A stretch of DNA of 64,000 bases, taken from assembly GCF_964355755.1 (NCBI RefSeq), contig NC_092672.1, positions 6,944,001 through 7,008,000 on the forward strand, given 5' to 3'. The stretch comes from Antedon mediterranea. Its lineage: Eukaryota > Animalia > Echinodermata. Positions 24,248 through 39,200 of the stretch are shown here, piece after piece. The notes under the pieces are model-generated. The model was not told where the DNA came from and ran no database searches. It saw only the letters and a program-made list of their open reading frames with translations. Numbering within the stretch: the first letter of the stretch is position 1; every line of letters starts with the position of its first letter. The position numbers were made by a program, and so were the translations under genes.

Positions 24248-27200
24248 ATGAATATCGTACAAATGGCGATTTGGATTTTTGGACCATTGGTGCTGATCAT
24301 ACTGTCAGATTTTCCATATTCAAGTTAGTGTGTTTCTTATTTACATCACATGATGTTCACTTTAATTGTTTGGAATTTATACATTTTTAATGTAGCCTTT
24401 AATCCATAGGCCTATATACACTATACTGTAGTCAAGCGAAATACAGTATTGTAGTTGGCTGTTCTAAGATAGCAAAAGTACTACAATACTGTACCTCTTG
24501 ATCCATACGACTATATAACATTATGATTTTATTTCTAGCACTAGCCTACCCGACTTTGGAAGATGGTACAATAGGCAGAGAAGGCCGAATAGAAATGGAT
24601 GGATATGATGGCTACACTGGTACTGTCTGTTCTGTCGGATGGACCGAACACGACGCTAATCTGTTATGCAAGTTACTTGGTTACGAAGGAGCAGACGAAC
24701 AGGTAGTGTACAGATTTCGAGAAGGAACTGGAAATATTTGGTCAGAAATTACTGGGTGCATTGACCGTGATTACAGTACCGAATGTAGTCCTATCAACTC
24801 AACGGCGGATCCAGAATGTACACATTCAAAGGATGTTGGAGTTGTCTGCTCAAAACGTAAGTTGCAAACTTAGATAGAGGCTTATAGTTATATTGATGAC
24901 CCTAGTTGTTATAGTTTTTATGAACCAAAAACAACATTTTCTTCCCATAAACGTAATTTACAATATTGAACAAATAAGGTATCAGAATGGAGCCTATAGC
25001 AACTTATCTAGATACATAGTTAACTTTCCTTTTTTGTAATTTAGTGGATATTCGATTAGTTGGTGAAAATTCTAACGAAGGTCGTGTTGAGTTTAAATAT
25101 TATAGTCGATGGTCAGCAACTTGGGATCTACGACTTCCCGAAGCTGATGTAATCTGCCGTTCACTGAACTTTCCTTCTGCTGAGTTTTCGGAATGTGGGA
25201 TCTTTGGAACTGTATACGGCATGTCTTCTTATGGAATTATGTGTTTGGGTAATGAACAAGAAATAAGTGATTGTCGGATTTTCTATAGTTGGTATTCCTA
25301 TTTATATCGAGACCATCAATATGGGATTAGGTGTCTAAAAGGTACTGATTTGTAGAATTATAATGAGTACTATATGAAAGATTTCTTTCAAGTTTGTAAA
25401 CATTCTAACTTTAATTTGAATTAAATCAATTTGAACTTTTACAGATGGAGTAAAACTAACCGGAGGACAAGTTGAGTCAGAAGGACTACTTGAGGTTTAT
25501 ACAGCCTCTGAATGGCACACTGTCTGCTTCGAAGAATTTGACCTTGAAGCTGGACTAGTTGTCTGTAGACAACTTAACTTTGACAACGTTTTAGATATAA
25601 TTTCTGTCAATTACTCCAGCAATCTAAACGTAACGAGTAACATTTCTTGCTCGGGAACAGAGAATAGATTCGAAGATTGCTCATTCGAAACTGGACCAAT
25701 TCAGATGTGTAGAAGTAAAGTGTATTTGTCATGCGGAACAAGTAGGCAATACAATTCTAGACTGAACTATTTACGTTTTAGTTTTTAGAAATATACATTG
25801 TATACAAGTATACATTGGTATTTTGTACAGTACTTTCCTTAACAGTTGTATACAATTTCTTTATAACTCCGCAGGTGGATTAAGGTTGGTTGATGGCTAT
25901 TCCATGACTTCGGGATATGCTCAGTTTTATAATAATGGTACCTGGACATACGTGTGCAAATTCGAAGAAGAGGAAATGCATCCCTTTACGCATATCTGCC
26001 TACAGCAGCAAGCAACCGGTGTACACCTAGCCAGGCATAAGTACAACTACCGTATTAAGTATAACGACCCATGCTTAACGTGTAGCCAACGACGGTGCTA
26101 CAATTCAAATGAAAGTCATTCAACTACGCTTGAGAGTACCAACTATCGGTATTATTTAGACAATGTTGACTATGATGAATATAATTTTACCGAATGTGAC
26201 ACAGGTGAGATTATAGCTAGTTTGTTTATCTGAACAATTACTGAAGAAGACTATACACTATTTAGTAGTTATCGCATGTTGCCTTTGAAGCACAATTTAC
26301 AGTACATACAGTAACGATTTAAGGTATCCAACCAAAATTAGTATTTCATGAATGGCGGTTATGCTTTCTTCTTTACAGTTTACCTCCATTTACACATGGA
26401 ACATCGGAACCTAACAAAATGTCTTATTTATAGGAATGACCTTTGAATATGGGTTGGTCATAAATGTTAAAGCATTTGTCCGTTCCTTACTCCCTACACC
26501 ACTCCCCCACCACGTTCGTTTCACTGGAAAGTGTCCCATTATTAGGGATGACCCTTGAATATGGGTTGGTCATAAATGTTAAAGCATTTGTCCGTCCCTT
26601 ACTCCCTACACCACTCCCCCACCACGTTCGTTTCACTGGAAAGTGTCCCATCATTAGGGATGTCCCAACGGAAGTGTTATGATCTACTGTATTTTTATAA
26701 TAATAATAATTGATAAGAAACAGCCATAATAAAAAATCAAAATTAGACAAAACCAATAAACAAATTGTAAGAAAATAAGAAGTAAAATACTACATGAGGT
26801 TATCCGCGCAAAAGCAACGTGCATGTACCTATAGAATAAGTATGACAGCAGAAAGTTTATTATTATCATCCTATAACCTGTAAAGTAAATATTGATAAAT
26901 TGTGTCATTTTTGTGTCATATTGTATATACAGTATACACTGTAAATATTTAAAAATGTATTAAATTAATTGAGGGATTGATTTTTTAATGTTTTACTTAG
27001 AGAGAGTACGAATGCAGAACAGAAGCCATCATGGTCTGGTCGAAGTCTTCAGAAATGGTAATTGGAATTATGTTTGCAATGAACATTGGAACGAGAAAGC
27101 CGCAGAAATTGCTTGCAAAGAACTACATTTTCTTGGCGTTAAGTCATGGGAGAGTGGTAATAGAACCAGCCTAGTAATTGATACTGAAGTGATTCGTTGT

Positions 27201-30200
27201 CTTGGCACTGAACCAAGTCTGCTGGAGTGCGAATTTGAAAATGTGAATTGTACAAATGATATTGTACAACTAACATGTTCTGACGGTAATGGATTATAAT
27301 ATATATTCTTTATAAATATACACATCTCACTTGACAAACTACATTTCTGCGAGTCAAATTGCCTAGCGGTTAAGGCAAGGGCGCCGTTTATCGTACCTAA
27401 AAGAGCCAAAAATATCGGCATGGGTTCGAAGAAGCCGACTCGCTCCTATAGTTCTAGTGGTGGAACAACAACGCTAATCTAGACGGCGATTCCATTGGTA
27501 AAAAAGATGTTTCACACATGGCGTTTCATACTTATAATACTTGAGCTGAGACAAAATTAAACGAAACGCCGACTGGAATACCACATAAAAAGACAATAGC
27601 TTGGGCAAGTGAGTTGACAAATCACAAGTGACAATAACGGTCCTATTCCTTGCACGACATAAGCGTCCTTACGTTGCGTCCATTTGAGAACCAATTTATC
27701 GTATCACAAACAGTTATACGACGCTGGTACTTCTTGCTAAGTCCTCAGTTAAAAAAATAGTAATAAATAATAAATAGTTTAATTGACCAGGGAAGAGTTA
27801 GTTTACTCCTTCTTTTCCTGAAATAACTCGTATAGCGAGGAGTACGAAATGGAGAATTATGTAGACGTTGTTACATCATTATTGTGGTCCGATATTATAT
27901 GAACTTGTTCTTTTTTTATTTTAAACAGTTGGTATTCGTTTCAAAGGATCTGTGGTAGAGTACGCTGGTCGTGTAGAGATATATGAGAGTCATACGTGGT
28001 GGACGGTTTGTGATGATTATTGGAGCATTAATGACGCAAATGCTGCATGTAGAATGGCAGGCTACTCTGAAGCCATCAAAGCGTATGGTTATTCAGCGTT
28101 TGGTGAAGGAACTGATCCAATCATAGCTAATGACTTTCACTGTAGTGGAGAGGAAAACAGTTTATGGGACTGTCGTTCTACTGAACACCGTGATGGATAT
28201 TGTAGACATTATGAAGACGCCAGTTTAAGTTGTTCAACAAGTAAGAAGGGGAGTTTCAATTTTCTTTTTAAATCCCTGTTAAATTTTAGTTTTTATTGTT
28301 TATTAATTCTTTTTAACAGAATTTGTTCGACTTTCCGATGGCAGCCAACCATCTGCGGGTCGTGTTGAAGTATTTATTAGTGGGCAGTGGGGTACAGTTT
28401 GCGATGATAATTGGGACATGGACGATGCAAAGGTCGTCTGTCGGCAACTGGGTTTTACAAATGCTATTGCATCTTACGGCAGTGCTAGGTACAGTCCTGG
28501 TATTGGATCAATTCACCTCGATGAAGTGCAGTGTTCGGGGAACGAAACGGACCTATTACTTTGTAAAAGTTCACGAACTCACGACTGTGAGCACTCTGAG
28601 GATGCATCCGTATCTTGTGCTGTTGGTATGGAAAAAATAATTATTTCTTTGCTTAATAGTCAAATAATTACACAAATACGGCGTTTAATTTTCCAAATTA
28701 TTTCAAATTAACATTGTGCCACAGCCAATGTAATAATTTTTACTTCAAAACATGTGCCTGAAATTTATACTTATTTAAAAAAAATAATAATGTAGTAGTT
28801 TTATAACTGTATCTTCTTTAATTGCTTTTTTTAAGATGTAGGTATAAATACGTTGTTTCCGGCTGAAGGTAAGTTGATATTTCATTGTTTAAAGATAGTT
28901 TTTTTAAATAATATCATCTCTATGGTAAGAGCTGGTCTAGTCAACATGCATTGCATTCTCGCTGCAAGTTTGTTTATAAAGATATTTTTAATTTATCAAA
29001 CAAAAATATTGGCATTTTGTTAGTTATCATTAAGTTGAAAATATTCTCCCAATTCAATGAATAACAAAATATTTATTATCGGTTTCGTATCTGTTTTATA
29101 TCTAATTAATCTAAGCGAGCAGAGAGAGAGAGAGAAATAAGATTGTCCATGCAGCAGTAGGACTAACAGCACGTGATATGAAATTAACCATATCAGATGG
29201 CAAGGATACAAAGATGTTTTATAAATTTTTCTAATAGAGGTATAACCTTAATTATAATTTTAGACGTAAAGTTGTTCCTCTTGCATTTTTTTTTTTGCAG
29301 GTGGATGTCTTGAGTATTGGTTTCCGAATGACGAGTCCTGCCTAACTGTCATTCAATCAACTACTAATAACATTTCGAATATTTCCTGTCCTCACGGATC
29401 GACATTTCTCTCAGTGTCTATGTCATCAATTCAAACAATAACAAAATATTTAGATATACTGTATGGTTATGAAGAAAACACTATTAATGTATTACTTTGG
29501 GAAAAGGTCTATCCGGAATGTGAATTTCTAAGATGGTCGCCTAAATCTAATAGTTTGAAAGAAGAAGAAATGGTCTGTACCGAATTAAATATCAGTGCTT
29601 ACATATGCCAACAAGATATGCCCACAGGTAATTATAACAAGTATGGTAATTATTCATTTTATTTTATATTGTGTAATTCATAGTACACATAAACACTATA
29701 ATTGCGTGGTAATTTAAAAGCATCAGAGAGTATAGCGCAGTCGGCTAAACTGGTGGTAGCCACTGTGGCAAATGTTAGTTTGCAACAGCAACTTTGTGTG
29801 TACTACAGTATTTATTTGTATAATTTTTTTTAAATTTATTTTTTGTATATGCTTTATTTAAATTCAGATAACCATACCACCTGTCCTGACAACCAGTTTA
29901 CTTGTACATCTGGAACTTGTATTCTAAGTTCATTGCAGTGTGATGGAAATTTTGATTGTCCTGATAAAAGTGATGAAGCACCACATTGTATCCAAGGTAA
30001 ACCAAATCATGTCATTTTCTTTTTTCTTTGTGAATCTTCATTTACTGTAAATCGTATAGCCGCGATAGAGTATATGGTTTGAAAAAAAAAAATATTGTGT
30101 TTAATGTAACAATATTATACAAATAATGAATGTTTATGAGTGTAATGGTACAAGTAATGGTACAAATAATGGCATGAGGTGAATGATGAAAGGTTATATA

Positions 30201-33200
30201 TCAACGAGGCAACGCCGAGTTGATATTAACCTTTCATCATTCACCAAATGCCATTATTTTTACCATTACACGATTAATATAAAACATTCATTATTTGTTT
30301 TATATAACATCTAAATAGATTACTGTCATTTGAATCAAATAAGGTAAGGTAGCCCTAGCCACAAGGCCTACATTTCGTTCACATTGATTAAAAACAGTAA
30401 CATTTGGTTTTTAATATTATATTAAATGTTATATTTATATGGATTTTATAAACACACCTACTTTACTGTTAATTATGTCAACAAACGACCAAACAATCTT
30501 AGGCCTAGCAAGGCTAAAACGCCTAGAATAGGCCTAGCCTAATACTAGCATGGCCTAGGCTAGACCTAGTAGCCTAGTACTAGCTTGGCTGAAAGGCAAA
30601 ACTTCGACAGACAATTGGAACTTATCTAGGCTAATTATGGTTTTTCCAACAATTCCACGTCTTGTAGGGATGTCCCCATTAATTAATCAAAATCCTAAAA
30701 ACGATCTATAGCTAATTTAAATGCCTTTTTGAATGAAATTAGTACATATATATATGTCCAAATCCTACACAAATATCTGCTGCTGTTGCATATCTCGCGG
30801 TGGTGTTTACAAATGAAACTGAGACCAGACGACAGGTGGCGCTGTATTTCACAGTAATTTGTATACTAGATTTTTTTTCATCCGCGAAACGTTTTTTTTT
30901 TCGTACACAAATGTTTAAAAGAGAAACGAAACTGAGGCCAGACAACAGGTGGCGCTGTTGTATTTCACAGTACAGAGCCATATTATAGAGTAATTTGTAT
31001 ACTAGATTATTTTTCATCCGCGAAACGTTTTTTTTTTCGTACACAAAAATGTTTCAAAAAGTACTATTAAACGATCGTTTAATAGTGCGTACTATTGCAC
31101 ACCATGTGACCCACAATCGTCCAATCAAATGACAGGAATTTATTTAGGTGTTATAAAAAGGAATAACGTACACGATAAGCGAGTCATTAGCACAACAGTA
31201 ACACTGGTCTAGTACCGTAGTTCTATTCAAGAGAAAAAATATCGCAACTCTTCGATATTATTAGGTATAAGAACGATTTATGTATGCAAATATTTGGCTG
31301 CAGAGTGGCAAAGATATACATATCTGAGACAACTTATATAAAATGGTTGTCTCCAACCGAACATTTTGAATGACATTAAATGATGTATTCCTCCACGCAT
31401 GTGGTAAATTTGATGTGTTTATATATAAAATTATTCTTAAATGCTTTTTGAAAAATGCAATTCAGTTAATTAATCCTAAGATATTTTTAAAACCAAAATG
31501 AAATAATATGAAATAGGATGTTTCGAGAGTAGAGGGCTGTTTGTTTCGAAAGAAAGTATCTTTTTAATAGGAGTTTCCCCTGAATTGTATCTCAATGAAG
31601 GGGTTCTATAGTATCATGAATTTATATTCAGCATCCATAAGTTAGATTTTTACAATTTAAATTTACTGTTTGTGTCTTGGTTCGTTTCGCACTCAGATTG
31701 TTACCAGACGACTGACGGGTCTGACTATCGAGGGACACGAAATTTCACAGAAGATCAAGTTGGTTGTTTAAAATGGACAAGCCATGTTAAAGGAACTGGT
31801 GCAATATATCCAGAAAATTACATTGGTAAAGGTATTGGTGATCACAACTTTTGTCGGAATCCAAACGAAAGACGCCGGCCATGGTGCTATACAAAGGATT
31901 TTTATGAAATTAAAGATTGTAGAGTTTCAGATTGTGGTAAGTTAAAGTATCAAACAGGGTGTAAACCATACAGCCACAGATTGTTAAGGTTTTAGGTTTT
32001 AGGTAGTTTGGCTATTTTGATTTCATGACTGGTATTAACGTTAATGCTTTTTAAACTTTTATTTTATACTTATATGTTTTTGTAAGGAATGTTAGCAAGT
32101 CGCTGAGAAAAGATAACAAAACAACAGTTGAATCCCATTTTAGTTTCAGAACCAGATAATAATTGTCCAATCACAAGCTTCCGATGTTTATCCGGTCATT
32201 GTATTCCCTATTCATTTTGTTGTGATCATAAATCTGATTGTCCGGATAATTCGGATGAAGCAGGTTGTAGTAAGTAACGTGTTTGTACAACCATTGATCA
32301 ATTTAATATAGTTTTTTTATTAATGTGCCATGCTCATCCTTTGAAGAGATGATATCTTTATCATTCTTATTATTTAAAATTGATAATATAATAGTATCAT
32401 CCTTAGTTATGTTTCTTTTTGCGTTGTTAGAAATTCTGTTTTGCAACGCGCGAATAGCACAAGTGTATGTATGATAAAGCCAAACCCAATTGCCGTCTAT
32501 GATCTTAGAACACACTTGTTCTATATTTAAACCAGTATTTCTTTGTTTCTAGCATTCATTAATTGTACCGAAAGCGAATTTGCATGTGATAATGGTCGTT
32601 GTTTGGAGTCATCGTCAAGATGCAATGCTGTTACGGATTGTTTAGATGAATCTGACGAGAGAAAATGTGGTTAAGTAGTCATTACACTAAAACTGTAGAT
32701 ATTATGTTTATTAATGATTCGGGTGACCGAGTTTAAAAGGAAAAACGTCGTAAACCATAACCATAACAGTACAGGTCCAAGGCACTCTCCTCTTGCTAAG
32801 ATCCATTCAGCCTGTGACAATACTTACTTTTTAAGTAAACAGAATAATATTTTTCTTGACATATATCATTGACATCGTTGGCACTCAATCTATGAAAGGT
32901 ACAAAAATCACAACCAATTTACAATAATACAATAACAAAACACCTTCCCTAAATGTACCCCTTCTTTGATAAACCTAACAATGGTAAACCATAACATGTA
33001 TAACAAAACAACAACAAAAGTATTTCTCAAGCCACATGTGTGTTGATCAACTCCAACTCTATCAAACATATCTTTACAGGTAAATGTAGCTCGAACTTTC
33101 TAAGATGTAGCGATGGAAAGTGTTTGCACCCAAAATACATATGTGATGGAGAATCTGATTGTCCCGATGGCACTGATGAAAAAAATGAAAACTGTGGTAC

Positions 33201-36200
33201 GTTGTTCATATTTTTATAGAATAGTGAATTTTATAAACAATGTTAAAATTTTTTTTTTTTAAATTAATTTTTTTAGACTTATATGTGGAAATTAATTATA
33301 TGTAAGCCAAAAAGTATAAAATATACGATATCATCGGATCTTTGTCAGAAAATGATTGATTATTTGCCGTTGGAGGTTGTTGAATATGTTGAATACCGTA
33401 GTGCCCTTTATCCGGTCGGTCAGGAACTATTAGACTGATTGTATTGTGTACAAAAACAATGCATGTTTATGAGTGCGATGGTAAAATAATTTTTAGGTGA
33501 AAGATGAAATTCTATTTTCATGAGGCGAAGCCGAGCGAAATGGTATTTTATATTTCACCGAAACGAAACGTTACAAGTACGTATATATATTTTATACTTG
33601 TTGGCTTGCACTTCCACTGTAATTCTGAAGCCAGATGAAATTATATTTGATCATATTCTTATACTATTATTTTCAAATAAAATCTATTTGATCATATGTT
33701 TATACTATTATTTCCCAAGATAATCTATTATTTATAACTGACTTTTTTTTTATTCTTACATAACAGAAAGTGTTTCATCAACATCCGTATGTGGTACAGA
33801 AAAATTCAAGTGCCAAAATAAACTTTGCATAGATCTACGTTACTTGTGTTTATTGGATTACGATCATTATTTATATATTAAGAAAGGGTGTCGTGATAAC
33901 AGTCATCTACAGAATTGTGGTAAGAAGTATAATGATTTGACAGACAGTAAATCAGTAAATATATGATATTCTAACATACATGTTTTAATTTTTAAAGTAT
34001 AATACATTAACATTTCCATAATTATAACATTGAAACAGAAAAAAGGGAAAAACATTATGTACTCATTTATTTCTATGACTTTTAAGATTACACTGATAAT
34101 GTTGTTTAGCGTAACAACGAAACATGTTTGCTCATTTTTTCATAAAGCTAAAGTTTATTCTAATTTTACTATGCTGTCGGAAGTTCGGCAACATTATTCG
34201 CTACATCACCTTAACACTTCGGTGTCAATCAAGGATTAGGAAAGTTGGTAAAACTTAAACAATTACAAATCGTTTTTCCAAAACGTTAATTATCTATTTA
34301 TTTATTATTTAGATCATCTTTTGTCTATGATATTTTTTTAATTTTTTCCAAAACATCAAATGTTTGTCAAGTTGGTTTTATATTATTTTGGATGGACCAT
34401 TTAAAAATGTATTTTTACAGATTCGTATGAATGTCCACCAAACACTTACAAATGTCCGGACTCGTACTGCATCACAATCAAGAGTCGATGTGATGGACAG
34501 AAAGATTGTGCGCATGGTGAAGATGAAGATTTCTGTGGTAGGATCAAGTTTTAATGTCCACATACATCTACTATAATGAATAACAAAATCTGCTCTTGCT
34601 GGGTTACAATATGAAAATTCGATATTGTAGAAAACACACACCTATATTTTATTGTGGTAATCTAACCAAAATCCTGGAATGAATTACTGTAATAAAAAGG
34701 AATTACACTTTTTAAATGCATTTCTTTTTACAGATGACTATGACTGCCCGGGATATTTCAAATGTCAAGATGCGTCAAATTGTATTTCTCAAGATCGTGT
34801 GTGTGATGGTATCAAAGACTGTCTTCGTGGGGATGATGAACTTTTTTGTAGTAAGTTTTAGTTTTGTATATTAAATCATCATATTCATCGATCAGTTTCT
34901 ATTTCAGAATACATAAATATAGTCACAAGCATGCAATGTAAAACAATGTTAAAGTTTGTATTCTTATATACAGCCAGCCACCGAGGTTTGAAATTTAGTA
35001 TAATCATAATTTTAAAATTGTATACTACCTTGAAGTCATCATTGTAAGAAACACTCTACAATAATACTGACAGATCAGTTTATTACAAAGTGTGACAATG
35101 GTTGTTTGTTACAAAGTTCGTCAACACTGTTTACAAAGTTCATCAGGTTATTACAAAGTGCGTCAATACTTACTACAAAGTTCGTCAAGTTAATACAAAG
35201 TGCGTCAAAAACGCTTATTACAAAGTGCGTCAGTTTATTACAAAGTGCGTCAACACTTATTACAAAGTACGTCAACACTTATTACAAAGTTAGTGAACAC
35301 TTATTACAAAGTTCTTCAAGTTAATACAAAGTGCGTCAAAAACGCTTATTACAAAGTGCGTCAGGTTATTACAAAATGCGTCAACACTTATTACAAAGTG
35401 CGTCAACACTTATTACAAAGTTCGTCAGGTTATTACAAAGTGCGTCAAAAACGCTTATTACAAAGTTCGTCCGTTTATTACAAAGTGCGTCAACACTTAT
35501 TACAAAGTACGTCAACACTTATTACAAAGTTCGTCAACACTTATTACAAAGTTCGTCAAGTTAATACAAAGTGCGTCAAAAACGCTTATTACAAAGTGCG
35601 TCAGGTTATTACAAAGTGCGTCAACACTTATTACAAAGTGCGTCAACACTTATTACAAAGTTCGTCAGGTTATTACAAAGTGCGTCAAAAACGCTTATTA
35701 CAAAGTTCGTCAGTTTATTACAAAGTGCGTCAACACTTATTACAAAGTGCGTCAACACTTATTACAAAGTGCGTCAACACTTATTACAAAGTGCGTCAAC
35801 ACTTATTACAAAGTTCGTCAAGTTAATACAAAGTGCGTCAAAAACGCTTATTACAAAGTGCGTCAGGTTATTACCAAAGTGCGTCAACACTTATTACAAA
35901 GTGCGTCAACACTTATTACAAAGTTCGTCAAGTTAATACAAAGTGCGTCAAAAACGCTTATTACAAAGTGCGTCAGGTTATTACCAAAGTGCGTCAACAC
36001 TTATTACAAAGTGCGTCAACACTTATTACACAGTGCTTCAACACTTATTACACAGTGCTTCAACACTTATTCCAATGTTCGTCAGTTTATTACACAGTGC
36101 TTCAACACTTATTCCAATGTTCGTCAGTTTATTACACAGTGCGTCAAAGACGCTTATTACAAAGTTCGTCAACACTTTTTACAAAGTTCGTCAACACTAA

Positions 36201-39200
36201 TTACAAAGTGCGTCAAAAACGCTTATTAACAAAGTTCGTTAACATTTATTACAAAGTTCATCAATACTTATTATAGAAGTTCGTCAGGTTATTACAAAGT
36301 GCGTCAACACTAATTGTTACAAAGTGCGTCAACACTAATTGAAAGTGCGTCAATACTAATTGTTACAAAGTTCGTTAACACTTATTACAAAGTTCATCAA
36401 CACTTATTCCAAAGTTCGTCAGTTTAAAGTGCGTCAAAAACGCTTATTACAAAGTTCGTCAAGTTAATACAAAGTGCGTCAACACTTATTACAAAGTGCG
36501 TCAGGTTATTACAAAGTGCGTCAACATTTATTACAAAGTGCGTCAAAAATGCTTATTACAAAGTTCGTTAACACTTTTTTGATACTCGGAGATATTCCAA
36601 AATAATAAAATACATTTCTTGTATATTTCCATTATTTCCAACTGTATTATTATAGTTTTCGAGATATGTCCCTTTTCAAACCAAATGACGAACTCTCCTC
36701 TAGCAATTACAGCTAGAGAAATAATGTATTATCAGGAGGATAACTGTAAATATATTGATTATGTTTATTTTAGATTTAACATGCCCTGACGGATGTAACT
36801 GTCAAGGTCTTTCTTATATCTGCACTGGGACAGAATGGAAAAAATATAAAGCTGAACTAATTCCACAAGATATAAGATATTTGTATGTATTACGTTTTAT
36901 TGTATCATACTGGTTCACATAAGTACTCACATATTAAAAGTAACTTAATTTTTTCGGAAATTATATTGATTTATAAATAAGAAGATTTGCTTATTTTTTT
37001 TAGAAACGTGAGCAAGGTTTCCGTACATCCTTGTAAGGGTGTTTCTAGAGATGAACTACTTTTCATGAAGTTACAATACCATTATCTTGTAGTCCTGTAA
37101 GTATTTTAGATACTGTTACCGTAAAGCCCTGATTATAGATTACTACTATATTAATTTTGGTCACGTCCCACCTTTTTGTCGTGAGGTGGTTTCCCGAATG
37201 ATCGTAAAATAAAAACGGTACTGGGTATGACCAACTAGCGTTCCTGTCACCAACTAGTCATCCATTCTAGAAGTACTGATGTAGTAGCCTATCTGTACGG
37301 TGACCATAGAATGTGACCCGAGACATGACTAACTACGACTTTTAGTTGATAGAAGATTGAAAACATTGTTCAGAAGAGTTGTACTGTATGTGGATGTATA
37401 ATGAAATTATGTCAATAATGATAACACACTAGGCATATAAATATAGTCATGTTTGTTAGTAAAAATAATTTTGAGTTAATAAGATATAAGGAAGAAAAGC
37501 AAAGAGACTATGGAGCGGCTATTCCTGAATATACAATACTAAGTATCGACGTTTCGATATTCAATATTGAACTTGACCAGTTATGCTTAGAGAATACATA
37601 CGCAACACATTACTCGGTACCTTTATTCATTCGTTGTGCACAACCTTCTGACCGGAACTCCCTCCCTTTACAAATACCTCGTCTATTTAAACCAACCCAC
37701 AGGTGGAAGATATGCAAATAAGTCATTGCGTACCACAAAAGAATATAGACGTCACAACAATACCAGTTACACCATAGAGCTTAACAAACTGTCTAGTTGG
37801 TTAATTTTGCTTCATAGTGGTTTAGAGAAAATGTTTCCAACCAACACAATGTTGTTTTAGGTATTGTTGATGAGAAATAATTAGAATTTGCTTCAGTGTT
37901 CATTAACATGTGTCGGAATTCTGTCGACGAAAATGACAAACTTAACTTGTTAGCAGTTAATATTTTTCTCACAAAACCTATCTATTATTATTTTAGTGAT
38001 ATATCTGGGAATAATATCAGAACCATCACCAACAACATGTTTAATGAGCTAGTGAATCTGAAACGCCTGTACGTAAAAAAACCTGTTGAATAAGCAATAT
38101 TGAGACTAGTTACAATAATAATAATAACGACGACGACAACAACGACGACTAACCATGAGTGACGACAAAGGGCGTGGCTACAATGGCATACAAATAATCT
38201 ATTTAAATATGATAAAATAGTGGATACAAATTTTGAGGACGATGGTGATAGATATTTTTAGTAATGAAGTTGAGATAAATACTGTACATTGGAGTTAAGT
38301 GATGATGTAAGGTGCTTGTTTTATGTTGACCGTAGATGTAGTTATTAGCTCTAACATTGCATTGGTAATATAATGTCATGATTTTTACTTTAGATATATT
38401 CAAGAAAACAAATTAACGAAACTAGAAGATAATGTCTTTGAAAATGCAAACAATTTACTATACCTGTAAGTACTAATTTAAAAAATACAAAATACACAAT
38501 GTATATTTAATGTGATCGTAGTATTCCTTTCAACAAGGTTTCCGTATACTTGATTATTGTAGAGATATGCACGGTAACGGAATAAAGCAGTTAAACAGAC
38601 ACACATTTTCAGGTTTAAATAAACTTGAATATTTGTAAGTAACATTCGTTTATAATTGAAAGAACAACATTCCAATGGCTTTCTATAATAGAAATGTATC
38701 TAATTTGTCAATGGAAATATTTTAGAAATTGTTTATATATGGGTTAAAATTGGTTTCAATGAAAAGAGCTATACATTTACTTGTATAAGTTGTGCGTTTC
38801 ACCACCATAGGCATCCTCTACCAGTTACCGTATAAAGCCCGATACATCTGTACGTAAAGTAAAACTTTAAATAGGTACACATACATAAATAGAAATACTA
38901 TATTATGTATTATTTATAACAGAGATATATCTGACAATAATATTGACCTGGAGAATAAAGATATCTTCGTGGACTTACAGTCTCTGAAAACATTGTAAGT
39001 TTATTCATTTTTGTATGGGTCCGTTTTCAATGTTACTGTAATAGGTTTGACAAGGATATTGTGTGTCCCTTTCACATCGCTTAGCAAAACTCCGGAGTTT
39101 ACAAACACCGGTACATAACACTAGCATATTGTTTATTGTGAATTAAGAAACAACTCCGGGAGTTCAACTCCTGGGTCAAATACCTGATGAGTGATGTACT

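Noticed and set aside
35075-36580. CRISPR-like array or repetitive protein ORFs
   Set aside because: Units are adjacent with no unique spacers, there are no cas genes, and it lies in a eukaryotic intron; it is a minisatellite.
37560-37770. Possible solo LTR on the minus strand (TG start, TATA-like box, AATAAA)
   Set aside because: No clear CA end or TSD could be identified.
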